Part shown: one piece after another, positions 54,406-64,000 of the stretch | Layout: every line of letters starts with the position of its first letter | Position numbering within the stretch: the first letter of the stretch is position 1 | DNA from: an uncultured delta proteobacterium | Lineage (GTDB): Bacteria; Desulfobacterota; Binatia; UBA9968 | Assembly: GCA_963804165.1 (NCBI GenBank) | Contig: CAWDPO010000015.1 | Location: 32,001 to 96,000 of the forward strand | Length of the DNA stretch: 64,000 nt | Direction of reading: 5' to 3' | Position numbers and translations under genes: made by a program | The notes under the pieces: model-generated | Databases searched by the model: none | What the model saw: only the letters and a program-made list of their open reading frames with translations | Told to the model about the DNA's origin: nothing

Positions 54406-57237
54406 TTGAGTCGATAACAGATCCGCCACTCCATCCCGATGCGTTGCGCTTGGAAGCCGCGAGTGGCGGTTTGGCAAGTTATCCGCCCGTGGAAAAATGG
54501 GACGACTGGGTCGAGTACGACACCGCCCAGTGGCCGCGTAAAGTGGAAAAACATTGCCGGATTATTCCGACCATTTGTTTTAATTGCGAAGCGGCCTGCG
54601 GCCTGTTGGCTTTTGTCGAAAAGGACACCCATCGCATTCGGCGCTTCGAAGGCAATCCGGAACATCCCGGAAGCCGCGGTCGAAATTGCGCCAAAGGACC
54701 GGCGACACTCAATCAGGTTAACGATCCCGAGCGAATTCGTTATCCGCTGAAACGCGTCGGCAAACGCGGTGAAGGGAAGTGGGAACGGATCACTTGGGAC
54801 GAAGTGCTCGACGACATCGCTGCACGCGTACGCCAAGCGCTCCAGGAAGAACGGCGCAATGAGATCATGTATCACGTCGGCCGCCCGGGCCATGAGCTGC
54901 TTTATCACCAGCGGATTCTTCATTCTTGGGGCATCGACGGTCACAATAGCCACACCAACGTTTGTTCCGCCGGGGCGCGCGCCGGTTATGCGTTTTGGTC
55001 GGGAATCGACCGGCCTTCTCCGGACCACGCCAACGCCCGCTTCATTTTACTGCTGAGCTCCCACCTTGAAGCGGGGCACTATTTCAATCCACACGCGCAG
55101 CGGATCATCGAAGCGAAAAACGGCGGCACCAAGATCTGCGTGATCGACACGCGATTGTCGAATACCGCATCGAAAGCCGATTACTGGATTTCGTCGTGGC
55201 CGGGCAGTGAGGCGGCGATCCTCCTGGCGATGTGCAATATCATTTTGCAGGAAGATCTTATTGGACCGCCAGTTCGTGCGCCAGTGGGTTAACTGGGAGG
55301 ATTATCTGCGCGAGGAGCACGCCGACAAACCGCAGACGTTCCAAAGCTTCATCGCCGTTTTAAAGGAAACCTATGCCCAATACACGCCGGAGTTCGCCGC
55401 CAAAGAAGCCGGTATCGACGCCAAGGTCATCGTCGAAGTCGCGCATGAAGTCGCCAAAGCTGGCTCCGCTTTCTCGTCCCACGTCTGGCGCAACACGGCT
55501 GCGGGAAATCTCGGCGGCTGGCAAGTAGCGCGCGCGCTGCAATTTCTCGTCGTGCTGGTCGGCGCCGTGGGCACGCCCGGCGGCACGGCGCCCAACGCCG
55601 CGAATAAATACATTCCGGCGCCGCCGCTGATGCCGCCGCCGGCGAAAGTTTGGAATGAGCTGTTGATTCCGCCGGAATATCCGCTGGCGTTTTTCGAGAT
55701 GAGTTTTTTACTGCCGCATTTGATCAAAGAAGGTCGCGGCAAGCTGGCGATGTATTTCACGCGGGTTTACAACCCGGTGTGGACCAATCCTGACGGTATG
55801 AGCTGGATCGAGATGCTTTCCGACGAAAGTAAAGTGGAGCGCCATGCTTGTCTCACGCCGACATGGAGCGAGACCGCGTGGTTCGCCGATTACGTGCTGC
55901 CGATGGGTCACGCTTCGGAACGCCACGATCTGATGAGCCAGGAAACCCAAGCGGCGCGCTGGATCGGCTTTCGGCAGCCGATTCTGCGCGTTGCATTGGA
56001 AAAAGAAGGCAAGAAATTCAATACGACATATGAGGCGCACGAAGCGGCCGGTATCGGACAGGTTTGGGAAGAAGATGAGTTTTGGATTGAACTCTCGTGG
56101 CGGGTCGACCCGGACGGTTCGCTGGGCATTCGCAAATATTTCGAGTCGCCTTACGAGCCGGGCAAGAAGATGACTGTCGACGATTACTATCGCTGGATCT
56201 TTGAGAACAGCGTGCCCGGTCTGCCGGAAGCCGCGGCGAAGGAGGGTTTGAAGCCGCTCGCGTACATGCGCAAGTACGGCGCGTTCTTGGTCGAAGATAA
56301 TGTTTATAAGGTCCACGAAACCGGCATTAAGTCGAGCGAGCTGCACGATGCCGAGACCGATCCGAGCAGCAATCTAATCCTGAAAAATGGCAGCGCGATC
56401 GGCGTCGAGGTGGATGGCAAAGCCTGCGTCGGCTTTCCCACGCCGTCGCGCAAACTGGAATTCTTTTCGAAAACGTTGAAGGATTGGAAATGGCCGGAGC
56501 ACGCGATTCCCGGTTACATCAAGAGCCACGTGCATCCGGAGAATATCGATCTCAACGCCGGCGAAATGTTATTACTTCCCACTTTTCGCTTGCCGACTTT
56601 GATTCACACGAGATCCGGCAACGCCAAGTGGTTGTACGAAATTTCTAACCGCAACCCACTTTGGATCAATTCGAAAGACGCGCAAAACCTCGACGTTAAA
56701 ACCGGCGACCTTCTCAAGGTCCATACGGAAATCGGTTATTTTATCGACAAGGTGTGGGTGACTGAAGGGATCAAACCCGGCGTCGTTGCCTGCTCACACC
56801 ATATCGGCCGCTGGCGCTTGGCCGAAGATCAGGGAGGGGAGAGGTGGTCGACGGCGTTGGTCGATTTGAAACAATTGGGCGAGGGCAAATGGATGATGCG
56901 GCATGTGCACGGCATCAAACCGTTTAAAAGCGATGATCCCGACTCGGAGAGAATTTTCTGGCAAGACGGCGGCGTGCATCAAAATCTGACTTTCCCCGTG
57001 CAACCCGACTTCATCAGCGGACAACACTGCTGGCATCAGAAAGTGCACGTGACCAAACCAGGGCCGGATGAGAGATACGGCGACATATTTGTCGATACCA
57101 ACAAGTCGCACGAAGTTTATAAAAAGTGGCTCTTGAAAACCCGTCCGGCGCCGGGACCAGACAACTTGCGGCGACCGCTGTGGCTGCCAAGATCGTATAA
57201 GCCCGCGGCGGAAGCGTATTATTTGAAAAAGGTCTAA
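54406..57237 (+). CDS. Molybdopterin oxidoreductase catalytic subunit, DMSO reductase superfamily (frameshifted; start approximate)
   Basis: CFNCEAAC...NCAKG FS0 cluster, RIRYPLKR.G.RGEGKW, HTNVC (Mo-ligand Cys region), SETAWFADYVLP, HTRSGN. Confidence 0.88.
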
Positions 57238-57317
57238 AATTCGCGGCGGTCGCGTTTTATTCGAGGTGGAAGGTCAGCCTTGCAATGTTCGAGTCGGACT
57301 TTCACTGATACTTCAAC

Positions 57318-59171
57318 TTACATGTCCAGCGGCAGCCGATTTTTACGACAATAAGTCTCGATGGTTTCGAGAAAACGCTGCCCGATATCAGCGAGTTTGC
57401 GTTCACCGACGCCGCGGATGCCGAGAAGCGCGCTCGGCGATCCCGGCCTGACTCGCGCCATGTCGCGCAGTGTGGCGTCGTTGAACAAGACGTACGCCGG
57501 CACGTGGCGCTCGTCCGCAAGTTGGCGACGTAGATTACGCAAGATTTCGAACAAACCCGAGTCGACACTTTCCCAGGATTTTTCGTCGAACCGAGTCTTT
57601 TTGACTTTGGTTTTCGGCTGCAGCAAGCGCACAGTGCGATTGCCCCGTAAGACTTCGCGCGAGGCGTCGTTCAGGCACAAGACGGGACGCTCATCGGTTG
57701 TGCGCTCCAGTAAGCCGTCGTCGATGAGCTGATAGATTATGTTGGTGAGAGCCGGCCTGGCCGTGTCCTTCATCAAGCCGTAGGTGCTGAGCGCTTCGTG
57801 ACCCCAGCGGCGAATTCGTTCGGTATGCGCTCCCACCAGAACGTCGACGATGTGCTCGGCGCCGAAGCGCTCCCCGGCGCGGGCAACGCAGGAGAGAATC
57901 TTTTGCGCGGTGACCGTGGCATCCGCCAAGCCTTCGACCTCGTTCAGACATACGTCGCAGGCCTCGCAATTTGGTTTGCTGTATGCCTGTCCGAAATATT
58001 CCGTCAGTTTGCGGTGGCGGCAATGCACACCGCTGCATATTCTGCGCATGTGCTCGAGGAGTTCGCGCGACGCGGTGATAACCTCAGCTGAAGCGTCGGC
58101 TTCCGCGGCGCTCTTTTCGATCAGCGATTCCCAGCGCAGAACGTCGGCGGCGGAATACAGCAGCACGCATTCGGCTTCCAACCCGTCGCGCCCGGCGCGG
58201 CCGGTTTCCTGTTGATAGTGTTCGATGGACTTCGGCATGGCGGCATGAATCACGCAGCGCACGTCGCTGCGGTCAATGCCCATGCCGAAGGCGACCGTCG
58301 CCGCCACGACGTCGAGCGCTTCCGATGCGAAATCATCCTGTGTTCGCCTTCTTTCATCAGCGTCCATGCCGGCGTGATAAAAAGCAGCGCGCAGCCCGTC
58401 AGCCTGAAGGAACGACGCCATGGATTCCGTGTCCTTGCGGCTGATGCAGTAGACAATGGCGGCCTGGCGGCGATGGCGTTGCAGAATTTCACGCACTTGC
58501 GCGCGCGCGTCGATACGGGGAACGATGCGATAGACAAGATTGGGCCGATCGAAAGTTCCGACCAGCACCGCCGGCTTGTTCAATTTCAATTGCTGGGCGA
58601 TATCGGCGCGCACGCGCTCCGTCGCCGTAGCTGTGTAGGCATGGATGCTGGCTTTGGGAAAGCGGCTCTTGATCTCTGCCAGGCGCCGATACTCGGGGCG
58701 GAAATCGTGCCCCCAGTGGCTGATGCAATGGGCTTCGTCAATGGCGAAGGCGCGTACTTGCACGTGCTCGATCAGCTGCAAGAAACGGGGCGCAAGCAGC
58801 CGCTCCGGCGCCACGAACAGCAGTCGATAGCGCCCGGCAAGGAACTGCTCTTCGGTCTCACGCAGGACGTACTCCGGGGGGCCGCTATATAGCGCTGCCG
58901 CCGGATAGCCGCATTCGCGCAGGCCATCGACCTGGTCCTTCATCAAAGAGATCAGCGGCGACACGACAATGTCAGTCCGATGTGCCAGTTCCGGCGGCAC
59001 TTGATAGCACAGCGATTTGCCGCCGCCCGTCGGTAAAACGACGAGCGAGTCCCGTTGTTCCAATCCTGCGTTAATGGCCTGCTCTTGCAGAGGCCGGAGC
59101 TCGGAATACCCCCAATAACGGCGGACGGTGGTGAGGATGTCGCTGATCGAAAAATCGTTCGATGCGGTCAT
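57318..59171 (-). CDS. recQ: ATP-dependent DNA helicase RecQ
   Basis: PTGGGKSLCYQ, DEAHCISHWGHDFRPEY, ATVAFGMGID, QETGRAGRDG, zinc-binding CRH..CEACDVC, RQC and HRDC domains. Confidence 0.95.
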   Translation of the reverse strand: MTASNDFSISDILTTVRRYWGYSELRPLQEQAINAGLEQRDSLVVLPTGGGKSLCYQVPPELAHRTDIVVSPLISLMKDQVDGLRECGYPAAALYSGPPEYVLRETEEQFLAGRYRLLFVAPERLLAPRFLQLIEHVQVRAFAIDEAHCISHWGHDFRPEYRRLAEIKSRFPKASIHAYTATATERVRADIAQQLKLNKPAVLVGTFDRPNLVYRIVPRIDARAQVREILQRHRRQAAIVYCISRKDTESMASFLQADGLRAAFYHAGMDADERRRTQDDFASEALDVVAATVAFGMGIDRSDVRCVIHAAMPKSIEHYQQETGRAGRDGLEAECVLLYSAADVLRWESLIEKSAAEADASAEVITASRELLEHMRRICSGVHCRHRKLTEYFGQAYSKPNCEACDVCLNEVEGLADATVTAQKILSCVARAGERFGAEHIVDVLVGAHTERIRRWGHEALSTYGLMKDTARPALTNIIYQLIDDGLLERTTDERPVLCLNDASREVLRGNRTVRLLQPKTKVKKTRFDEKSWESVDSGLFEILRNLRRQLADERHVPAYVLFNDATLRDMARVRPGSPSALLGIRGVGERKLADIGQRFLETIETYCRKNRLPLDM

Positions 59172-59229
59172 TGAGTTGTGATTGCGATGGAAATATCGAT
59201 ATGCCTAGCTAAGATACATAAATCGAGCA

Positions 59230-59547
59230 CTAAGATATTACTTCAACCAAGCTGAATGGCTTCGCTGTGTCGATGGCGGCGATGACGTCATTGATTTGCC
59301 CTTCGATCAACGGCCAACTGGTAGTGGCCAAGACCACGACCGTCAAGCGGTAGTTCGCAAGATTTTGCTGGTGTTTAAGGTTTTGGTCCGTTGTTACGAA
59401 TATCTCAAACGCCTCTTGCTCGGCAGCACGCAACAAGTCGCCGTTCTGCAATGTGCTCCAACCCTTCTCAAAGACGGTCGCGACGGAATGATGTGGGAGG
59501 TAACGGCGCAGAGGAACCGGGGTTCCCTGATCAAAGAGAACCCGCAT
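59230..59547 (-). CDS. PIN-like toxin (DUF5615/VapC45-like)
   Basis: MRVLFDQGTP, GW..L.NGDLL..AE, FVTTDQNLKHQQN. Confidence 0.8.
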   Translation of the reverse strand: MRVLFDQGTPVPLRRYLPHHSVATVFEKGWSTLQNGDLLRAAEQEAFEIFVTTDQNLKHQQNLANYRLTVVVLATTSWPLIEGQINDVIAAIDTAKPFSLVEVIS

Positions 59548-59552
59548 CGTTC

Positions 59553-59777
59553 TCAGGATCCGTCAATTTGGAGGCTGCGCTGGGCGTGCTCGAGAACCAC
59601 TTCGACTTGTTCTCGAGATACACCGGGAAACCATGCGAGAAAGTCATCTATGCGCGCACCACTTTCGAGATTCTCGAACAGCGCCGTCACCGGCACTCGC
59701 GTGCCGCGAAATGTCCATACGCCGCTTACTCTGCTCGGATCGCGTTCGACCGCCGAACATGTAGACCAGTCCAACAT
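59553..59777 (-). CDS. DUF433 antitoxin
   Basis: SGVWTFRGTRVPV..LFENLESG...DDFL..FPGV..EQV. Lies directly upstream of the PIN gene. Confidence 0.88.
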   Translation of the reverse strand: MLDWSTCSAVERDPSRVSGVWTFRGTRVPVTALFENLESGARIDDFLAWFPGVSREQVEVVLEHAQRSLQIDGS

Positions 59778-59821
59778 CGCTACAAGGCTAACGTGGAACC
59801 GAGAAGTCGGCAAGTCATGAT

Positions 59822-60535
59822 CTAGATTCCCTCTCCCATACCTCGCTGCGTGCCTTGGATCGGCGTGCGGTTCCATTCGAGGGCTTCCTGGATTTTGCGG
59901 GGCAGGGGAGGCTTGCGCGAGGTCATGAAGTGGACGAATTCCTCTTTGCTGGCGATCAGCATGCGCGCATTATTTTGTTTCTCGTCGCCGAGGTTCGACA
60001 CGGCTTCACGGTAGTCATGGCCCGGATACACGCGGATTTGATCGCCGAGTGCTTTGAGTTTTGCCAGGCTCTCGTATTGCGACTCGGCGTTGCCGCCCGG
60101 CAGATCGGTTCGGCCGCAGCCGCCGATCAAAAGAGTATCGCCGGTAAAAATTCGATCTTTGGAAAGCAGGCACATGGCGTCCTGCGTATGGCCGGGAGTG
60201 TAGATGACCTTGAGAGATTGCTGGCCGAATTGGATCTCATCTCCGTCGTCGACGCGCAGATCAATATACGGCGCGTCCGTCGCCCGGTGCATAATGACCT
60301 TTGTGCCGTAGCGCTCGCGCATGATTTTGCATGCCGAATTATGGTCGGCGTGCGTGTGGGTATCGATAGCGTAAAGCAATTTCGCTTTAAGGAAATCCGC
60401 CAATCCGACGTAATCATCGGCTTTGTCGATCTCAGGGTCGATGACGACGCAGATTTTCTCCTTTGCGCATCCCAAAAGATAGGACAAGCAACCGGCTGAA
60501 CGAATCTGCTCGAAAAAAATTTCTTCACCGGCCAT
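59822..60535 (-). CDS. MBL-fold persulfide dioxygenase (ETHE1/Sdo-like)
   Basis: GCLSYLLG, DTHTHADH, TPGHT, FTGDTLLIGGCGRTD, YPGHDY. Confidence 0.82.
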   Translation of the reverse strand: MAGEEIFFEQIRSAGCLSYLLGCAKEKICVVIDPEIDKADDYVGLADFLKAKLLYAIDTHTHADHNSACKIMRERYGTKVIMHRATDAPYIDLRVDDGDEIQFGQQSLKVIYTPGHTQDAMCLLSKDRIFTGDTLLIGGCGRTDLPGGNAESQYESLAKLKALGDQIRVYPGHDYREAVSNLGDEKQNNARMLIASKEEFVHFMTSRKPPLPRKIQEALEWNRTPIQGTQRGMGEGI

Positions 60536-60561
60536 AATTACGCATTCCGAATTCGCCCCCT

Positions 60562-61116
60562 TTAAACCTTCGCCACTGTGCCTTTTTCAGGGGAGTAGCG
60601 GTAGCGCTCGATCTTCTCCAAGTCATAACTCAGAAAACGAAACACAACTCCAGGACCTTCGACGGCGCTGGTCGAATGAATGTCGCCCGGCAGATAGGGC
60701 ATCACGACGCCGGGCGTTAGACGATCGAGTCTTTCTTTTTCCAAGGTGGCGATGCCGGGCTGCGAGCCGTCGTCGGTGCGTCTATATTTGGTAATCTCGG
60801 TCACGCCCTTGAAAGATCCGTAGACAACCCAACAGGGGCCGTGATCATGCGGCCTGTTGCCGTGGCCCTGTTTATGGATATGTCCCATTTGGATAAATCC
60901 CAGTTCCGGGTCGCGGTACAATTCCCGCGACGGTTTGCCGTCGTGAATCAGCTCGGCCATCCACGGATCGTCCGGGCTTGTCGATGCAAAGAGCTTTTCC
61001 ATCAACGCCGCCACTCTGAACGGCAACTGGGGGTCTTTGCCGTCGCCCCAAGCAGCGCGAACTTCGCCGATGTAGCGATCCAAGGAATTTTCCGCTTTGC
61101 GTTCCTGCACGGCCAT
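60562..61116 (-). CDS. Cysteine dioxygenase-like cupin protein
   Basis: PHDHGPCWVVYG...G.TEIT.Y and PGDIHS (three-His site). Confidence 0.72.
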   Translation of the reverse strand: MAVQERKAENSLDRYIGEVRAAWGDGKDPQLPFRVAALMEKLFASTSPDDPWMAELIHDGKPSRELYRDPELGFIQMGHIHKQGHGNRPHDHGPCWVVYGSFKGVTEITKYRRTDDGSQPGIATLEKERLDRLTPGVVMPYLPGDIHSTSAVEGPGVVFRFLSYDLEKIERYRYSPEKGTVAKV

Positions 61117-61257
61117 GTTTCACCTCCGTCCGTATGGCGATTTTTACCATGTTACGCGCGCGCGCGTCCAGCGCGATCAGAAAATAGCCATTGCATTGAC
61201 AGAGTGAGGCGGGCTCTGTTACCTGTTGTAAAACTTTCGAAGAGATCGAGAGGAGTC

Positions 61258-61734
61258 ATGGCAATCGAACCGCAGGAACTGCGCCGCGTGATGGGTCACT
61301 TCGCGACCGGAGTCACGGTGATCACCACCAAAGATCAAGGCGGCAACCCGAACGGCCTCACCGCCAACGCTTTTATGTCCCTTTCGCTAAATCCGCCGCT
61401 GGTGGTGATCAGCGTGGACAAAGGCGCAACCTGTTACGCCTGCTTTGAATTGCAAAATGGCTTTACGGTCAATTTTCTGAGCGAAGATCAAGAGGAGATT
61501 TCGCGGCGCTTTGCCACTAAAGGGGCGGACAAATTTGCGGATTTGAAATGGCACCCCGGCAGCAATGGCGCCGCGATCATCGACGGTGTCATGGGTTACG
61601 TGGAGTGCACCATTACCGAGTGCCACGATGGTGGCGATCACACTATCGTCGTCGGTGAGATCGTCAACGCCGGCGCTACGGGTGAACGCCCTCTGCTTTT
61701 CTTTAAGGGAAAATATCAGCGTCTGCCAGGGTAA
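61258..61734 (+). CDS. Flavin reductase family protein (HpaC-like)
   Basis: RRVMGHFATGVTVITT, SLSLNPPLV, GGDHTIVVGE. RBS AGGAG. Confidence 0.9.
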   Translation: MAIEPQELRRVMGHFATGVTVITTKDQGGNPNGLTANAFMSLSLNPPLVVISVDKGATCYACFELQNGFTVNFLSEDQEEISRRFATKGADKFADLKWHPGSNGAAIIDGVMGYVECTITECHDGGDHTIVVGEIVNAGATGERPLLFFKGKYQRLPG

Positions 61735-61743
61735 GATAAACCC

Positions 61744-61824
61744 GTTTCGCGTTCCGTGTTTCGAGTTTCGGGTTAGGGAAAGCCCAAGGTGTGAATTCCG
61801 AAACTCAAACGCGAACCCTAAACC
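61744..61824. repeat. GTTTCGN heptamer inverted repeat between convergent genes
   Basis: GTTTCGC-GTTCCGT-GTTTCGA-GTTTCGG ... CCGAAAC-TCAAAC-GCGAACC-CTAAAC. Confidence 0.65.
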
Positions 61825-61826
61825 GA

Positions 61827-62804
61827 CTAAGCTCCCAGCGCCATCGCCGTGATGCACGGCAGTCCTTCGATGATCGTGCGTGTTTCGCCGGATGAGGTCA
61901 CGGTAACCACTTCGCCATCCGCGGTGGCGGCAAGGACGCCGTCGCCGTCCGGCGCGGCGCATACATCCATGACGCCGCCGGACATTTTTTCAGTAAGCAG
62001 TTCCCAGTTGGCGCCGTCGGTGGATTTGAAGATCGCGGTCTTCGCCCGTCCCGCGCGCGTCCACGTCCGTGGACGATCTCGCGTGATCCCTAGATAAATT
62101 GTCCCGTGATCATCTTCTGCGAGCGCGTTGCCGTACGTGCGCCCGCCTGGAGGCGTGACTTTTTGCCAATGATTGCCGCGATCGGTGCTGCGCGAAACAC
62201 CCTCACCGCAGGCCGTGACGACCAGGCCGGGGGTTTTCTTCGACGGTAAAATCTGGTGAATGTCCGGATCGGTCAAGCCATCGTTGGCAGCCTGCCAGCT
62301 TTGACCGTCATCGTCGCTCACGAGAATTCCCGCGACTTCGATGCCGGCAAAGAGGCGCCCGCCGTTGGTTTTCTCCTTGGTGAGCACTCGGGTGCGCGCG
62401 GGAAAATCCGGGTTCGGCGGAAACGTCCCGCCGGCCGCTCCCTGTCGCACGCCTTTGAGCTCCTGCCAGCCGCTGCCGTCAACGGTGCAATATAATGCCG
62501 CCGGCATGGTACCGACTAAAAGCTTCCCGGGCAAAGCGAGCATCGATGACATCGTCAAGCACGGCACATTGGGATTGGCGCGAAACCAATCCTTGCCGCC
62601 GTCGTTGGTGACAAACATGCCGGAGTGCTCCGTGCCTATATAAACGTGGTTCGGCTCGTCGGGATCGACTTGGATACAGGACATTTGCCAGAAGGTGAGC
62701 GCCCGATCGACCTGGCCCCAGTCCGCGCCGCGACGTTCGAATCGATACCACCCGGAATGGGTGGCGAGATGGAGAGCTTCCTTGGGTTTTTCGTTGATGC
62801 TCAT
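61827..62804 (-). CDS. BNR/Asp-box beta-propeller protein
   Basis: Repeated Asp-boxes TNDGGKDW, SDDDGQSW, STDRGNHW, STDGANW. Confidence 0.82.
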   Translation of the reverse strand: MSINEKPKEALHLATHSGWYRFERRGADWGQVDRALTFWQMSCIQVDPDEPNHVYIGTEHSGMFVTNDGGKDWFRANPNVPCLTMSSMLALPGKLLVGTMPAALYCTVDGSGWQELKGVRQGAAGGTFPPNPDFPARTRVLTKEKTNGGRLFAGIEVAGILVSDDDGQSWQAANDGLTDPDIHQILPSKKTPGLVVTACGEGVSRSTDRGNHWQKVTPPGGRTYGNALAEDDHGTIYLGITRDRPRTWTRAGRAKTAIFKSTDGANWELLTEKMSGGVMDVCAAPDGDGVLAATADGEVVTVTSSGETRTIIEGLPCITAMALGA

Positions 62805-63241
62805 GGCGGCACCTCCTCGGGTTTTCGCTCGATCGCGTAAAAAGATACGTCGACCGGGATCGTCGATGCAAGTCAAATTCGCCTTTTTATGCCGACCTGT
62901 CCCAAAGGTCTTCGAACTGTTTTACCGACCCCGGAGCGAAGCCGGCATAATGATTGTTGAAAACGCCCCCTTGTTGACGATCTTTTTAAGCTCGGCAATC
63001 CAAATATTCATCTCCGGGGTTTTGTTTTCGATCAGCTTATCCCATCTCTTAGTTTTCGCTTCGATGTCCTTACGATCGCCGACAAATCAAACTCATTAGC
63101 GTTCTTCACCACAGTCCGACACAACGGTCAATAGTCGAGGGGGTTCGGTCTCAATTCGATAGCGCTGCGTCGTAGCGCGTCGCCCAAGAGCATGGCGACC
63201 AACTCATGAAAAACTGAAAACCCATCTGAAGGCCGGTTTCA

Positions 63242-63294
63242 TTGACAATCCGGGGTGGGCAGTTTACTTTAATGAAAACAGCATTGTTTTCATT
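63242..63294 (+). promoter_or_regulatory. Sigma70 promoter with a perfect palindromic operator
   Basis: TTGACA (63242)-17 nt-TACTTT (63265), immediately followed by AATGAAAACA-GCAT-TGTTTTCATT (63271-63294). Confidence 0.72.
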
Positions 63295-63311
63295 TTCTCA
63301 GAGGACCGCTA

Positions 63312-63788
63312 ATGGAGACGTTCGACAGCAAAACGGCGAGCCGGATCGTTGGTGTTAGCCTGCGCCAACTACAATACTGGGACGAGCAGAATTTTCTCCG
63401 TCCCTCGGTAAAGTCAGCTGAAGGGCGAGGAACCAAACGTCTTTACTCATTCAACGATCTCATTTGCCTCAAGGTCGTAAAGGATCTTACGCGCCACGGT
63501 TTCAACCTGCAAAAAATCCGCCGTTGCGTTAAGCCGCTGAAGGAAAACTCGGCGCAAACCGAGCGTCCGGCGGTGTCGCTAAAGTATTTGACGGACGGTG
63601 AAGATCTGTTTGTCATTACCAGCGATCGACAAAAGATTCTCGCTGCCATGGAGCACCAGTTCGTGCTGTCTTTGGGGATCGGTAATTTGGTGCGTGAATT
63701 GGGCCGTGAAGCCCGCCGCGCGGCGCTGACTCGTAAGTCTGGAAAGAAAACTCCGCAACTTGAGGAACGGAACACCGGATCTGCGTAG
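63312..63788 (+). CDS. MerR-family HTH regulator (Rv1830/McdR-like)
   Basis: ASRIVGVSLRQLQYWD...PSV..A.G.GTKRLYSFNDL..LKVVK.L...G..LQKIR. Confidence 0.85.
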   Translation: METFDSKTASRIVGVSLRQLQYWDEQNFLRPSVKSAEGRGTKRLYSFNDLICLKVVKDLTRHGFNLQKIRRCVKPLKENSAQTERPAVSLKYLTDGEDLFVITSDRQKILAAMEHQFVLSLGIGNLVRELGREARRAALTRKSGKKTPQLEERNTGSA

Positions 63789-63804
63789 GCGATTATAGGC
63801 GATT

Positions 63805-64000
63805 ATGGAAGCCGGCAAAGTAACCCCGATGATGCGGCAGTATCTGCAGATCAAGGATCGCTATCGCGATGCGATCCTGTTCTTTCGTCTCGGCGATTTT
63901 TACGAGATGTTCTTCGAAGATGCTCGTACCGCGTCGAAGATCCTCGATATCGCGCTGACGGCCCGCCACAAGACCGAAGACGGTTCGGTTCCCTTGTGCG
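63805..64000 (+). CDS. mutS: DNA mismatch repair protein MutS (5' part; runs off the window)
   Basis: Manual translation gives [40 protein letters not shown], containing the GDFYE mismatch-binding motif. Confidence 0.95.
   Translation, partial: MEAGKVTPMMRQYLQIKDRYRDAILFFRLGDFYEMFFEDARTASKILDIALTARHKTEDGSVPLC

Noticed and set aside
62880-63230. Possible gene fragment on the - strand
   Set aside because: Broken frames with no assignable family.
63786-63805. TAGGCGATTA tandem duplication before mutS
   Set aside because: Only two copies, too short to infer phase variation; may be a local duplication or an assembly error.

Overview
A GC-rich bacterial chromosome segment. Its gene content suggests Candidatus Binatia or a related deltaproteobacterial lineage (inference from many amidohydrolase_2 enzymes, orphan NMT1/SsuA-type solute-binding proteins, a Rieske oxygenase, an F420-type LLM and several REP-like repeat families). 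Housekeeping and repair genes include dnaE2, recQ, the 5' end of mutS, carD, rlpA, an M23 peptidase and a phosphomannomutase. Two insertion sequences each sit inside a REP-like palindrome. One is an IS1182 with terminal inverted repeats, a GCA duplication and a nonsense codon. The other is an apparently intact IS110/IS1111-group element inserted at a CT core; its downstream non-coding region contains guide-like matches to its own donor junction (candidate bridge/seek RNA), and an empty homologous target repeat is present at about 39.85 kb. Other notable items are a palindromic repeat translated in frame inside DnaE2, a stand-alone MORC-like GHKL ATPase, an McdR/Rv1830-like MerR regulator with a perfect operator upstream of mutS, a 12-kb catabolic operon with a CADD-like diiron enzyme, and a Tat-less molybdoenzyme with a fused FeS-NrfD partner. 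Many genes at 21.6-25.9 kb and 40.5-55.3 kb carry single-base frameshifts that most likely reflect long-read assembly error. No rRNA, tRNA or CRISPR array was recognised.
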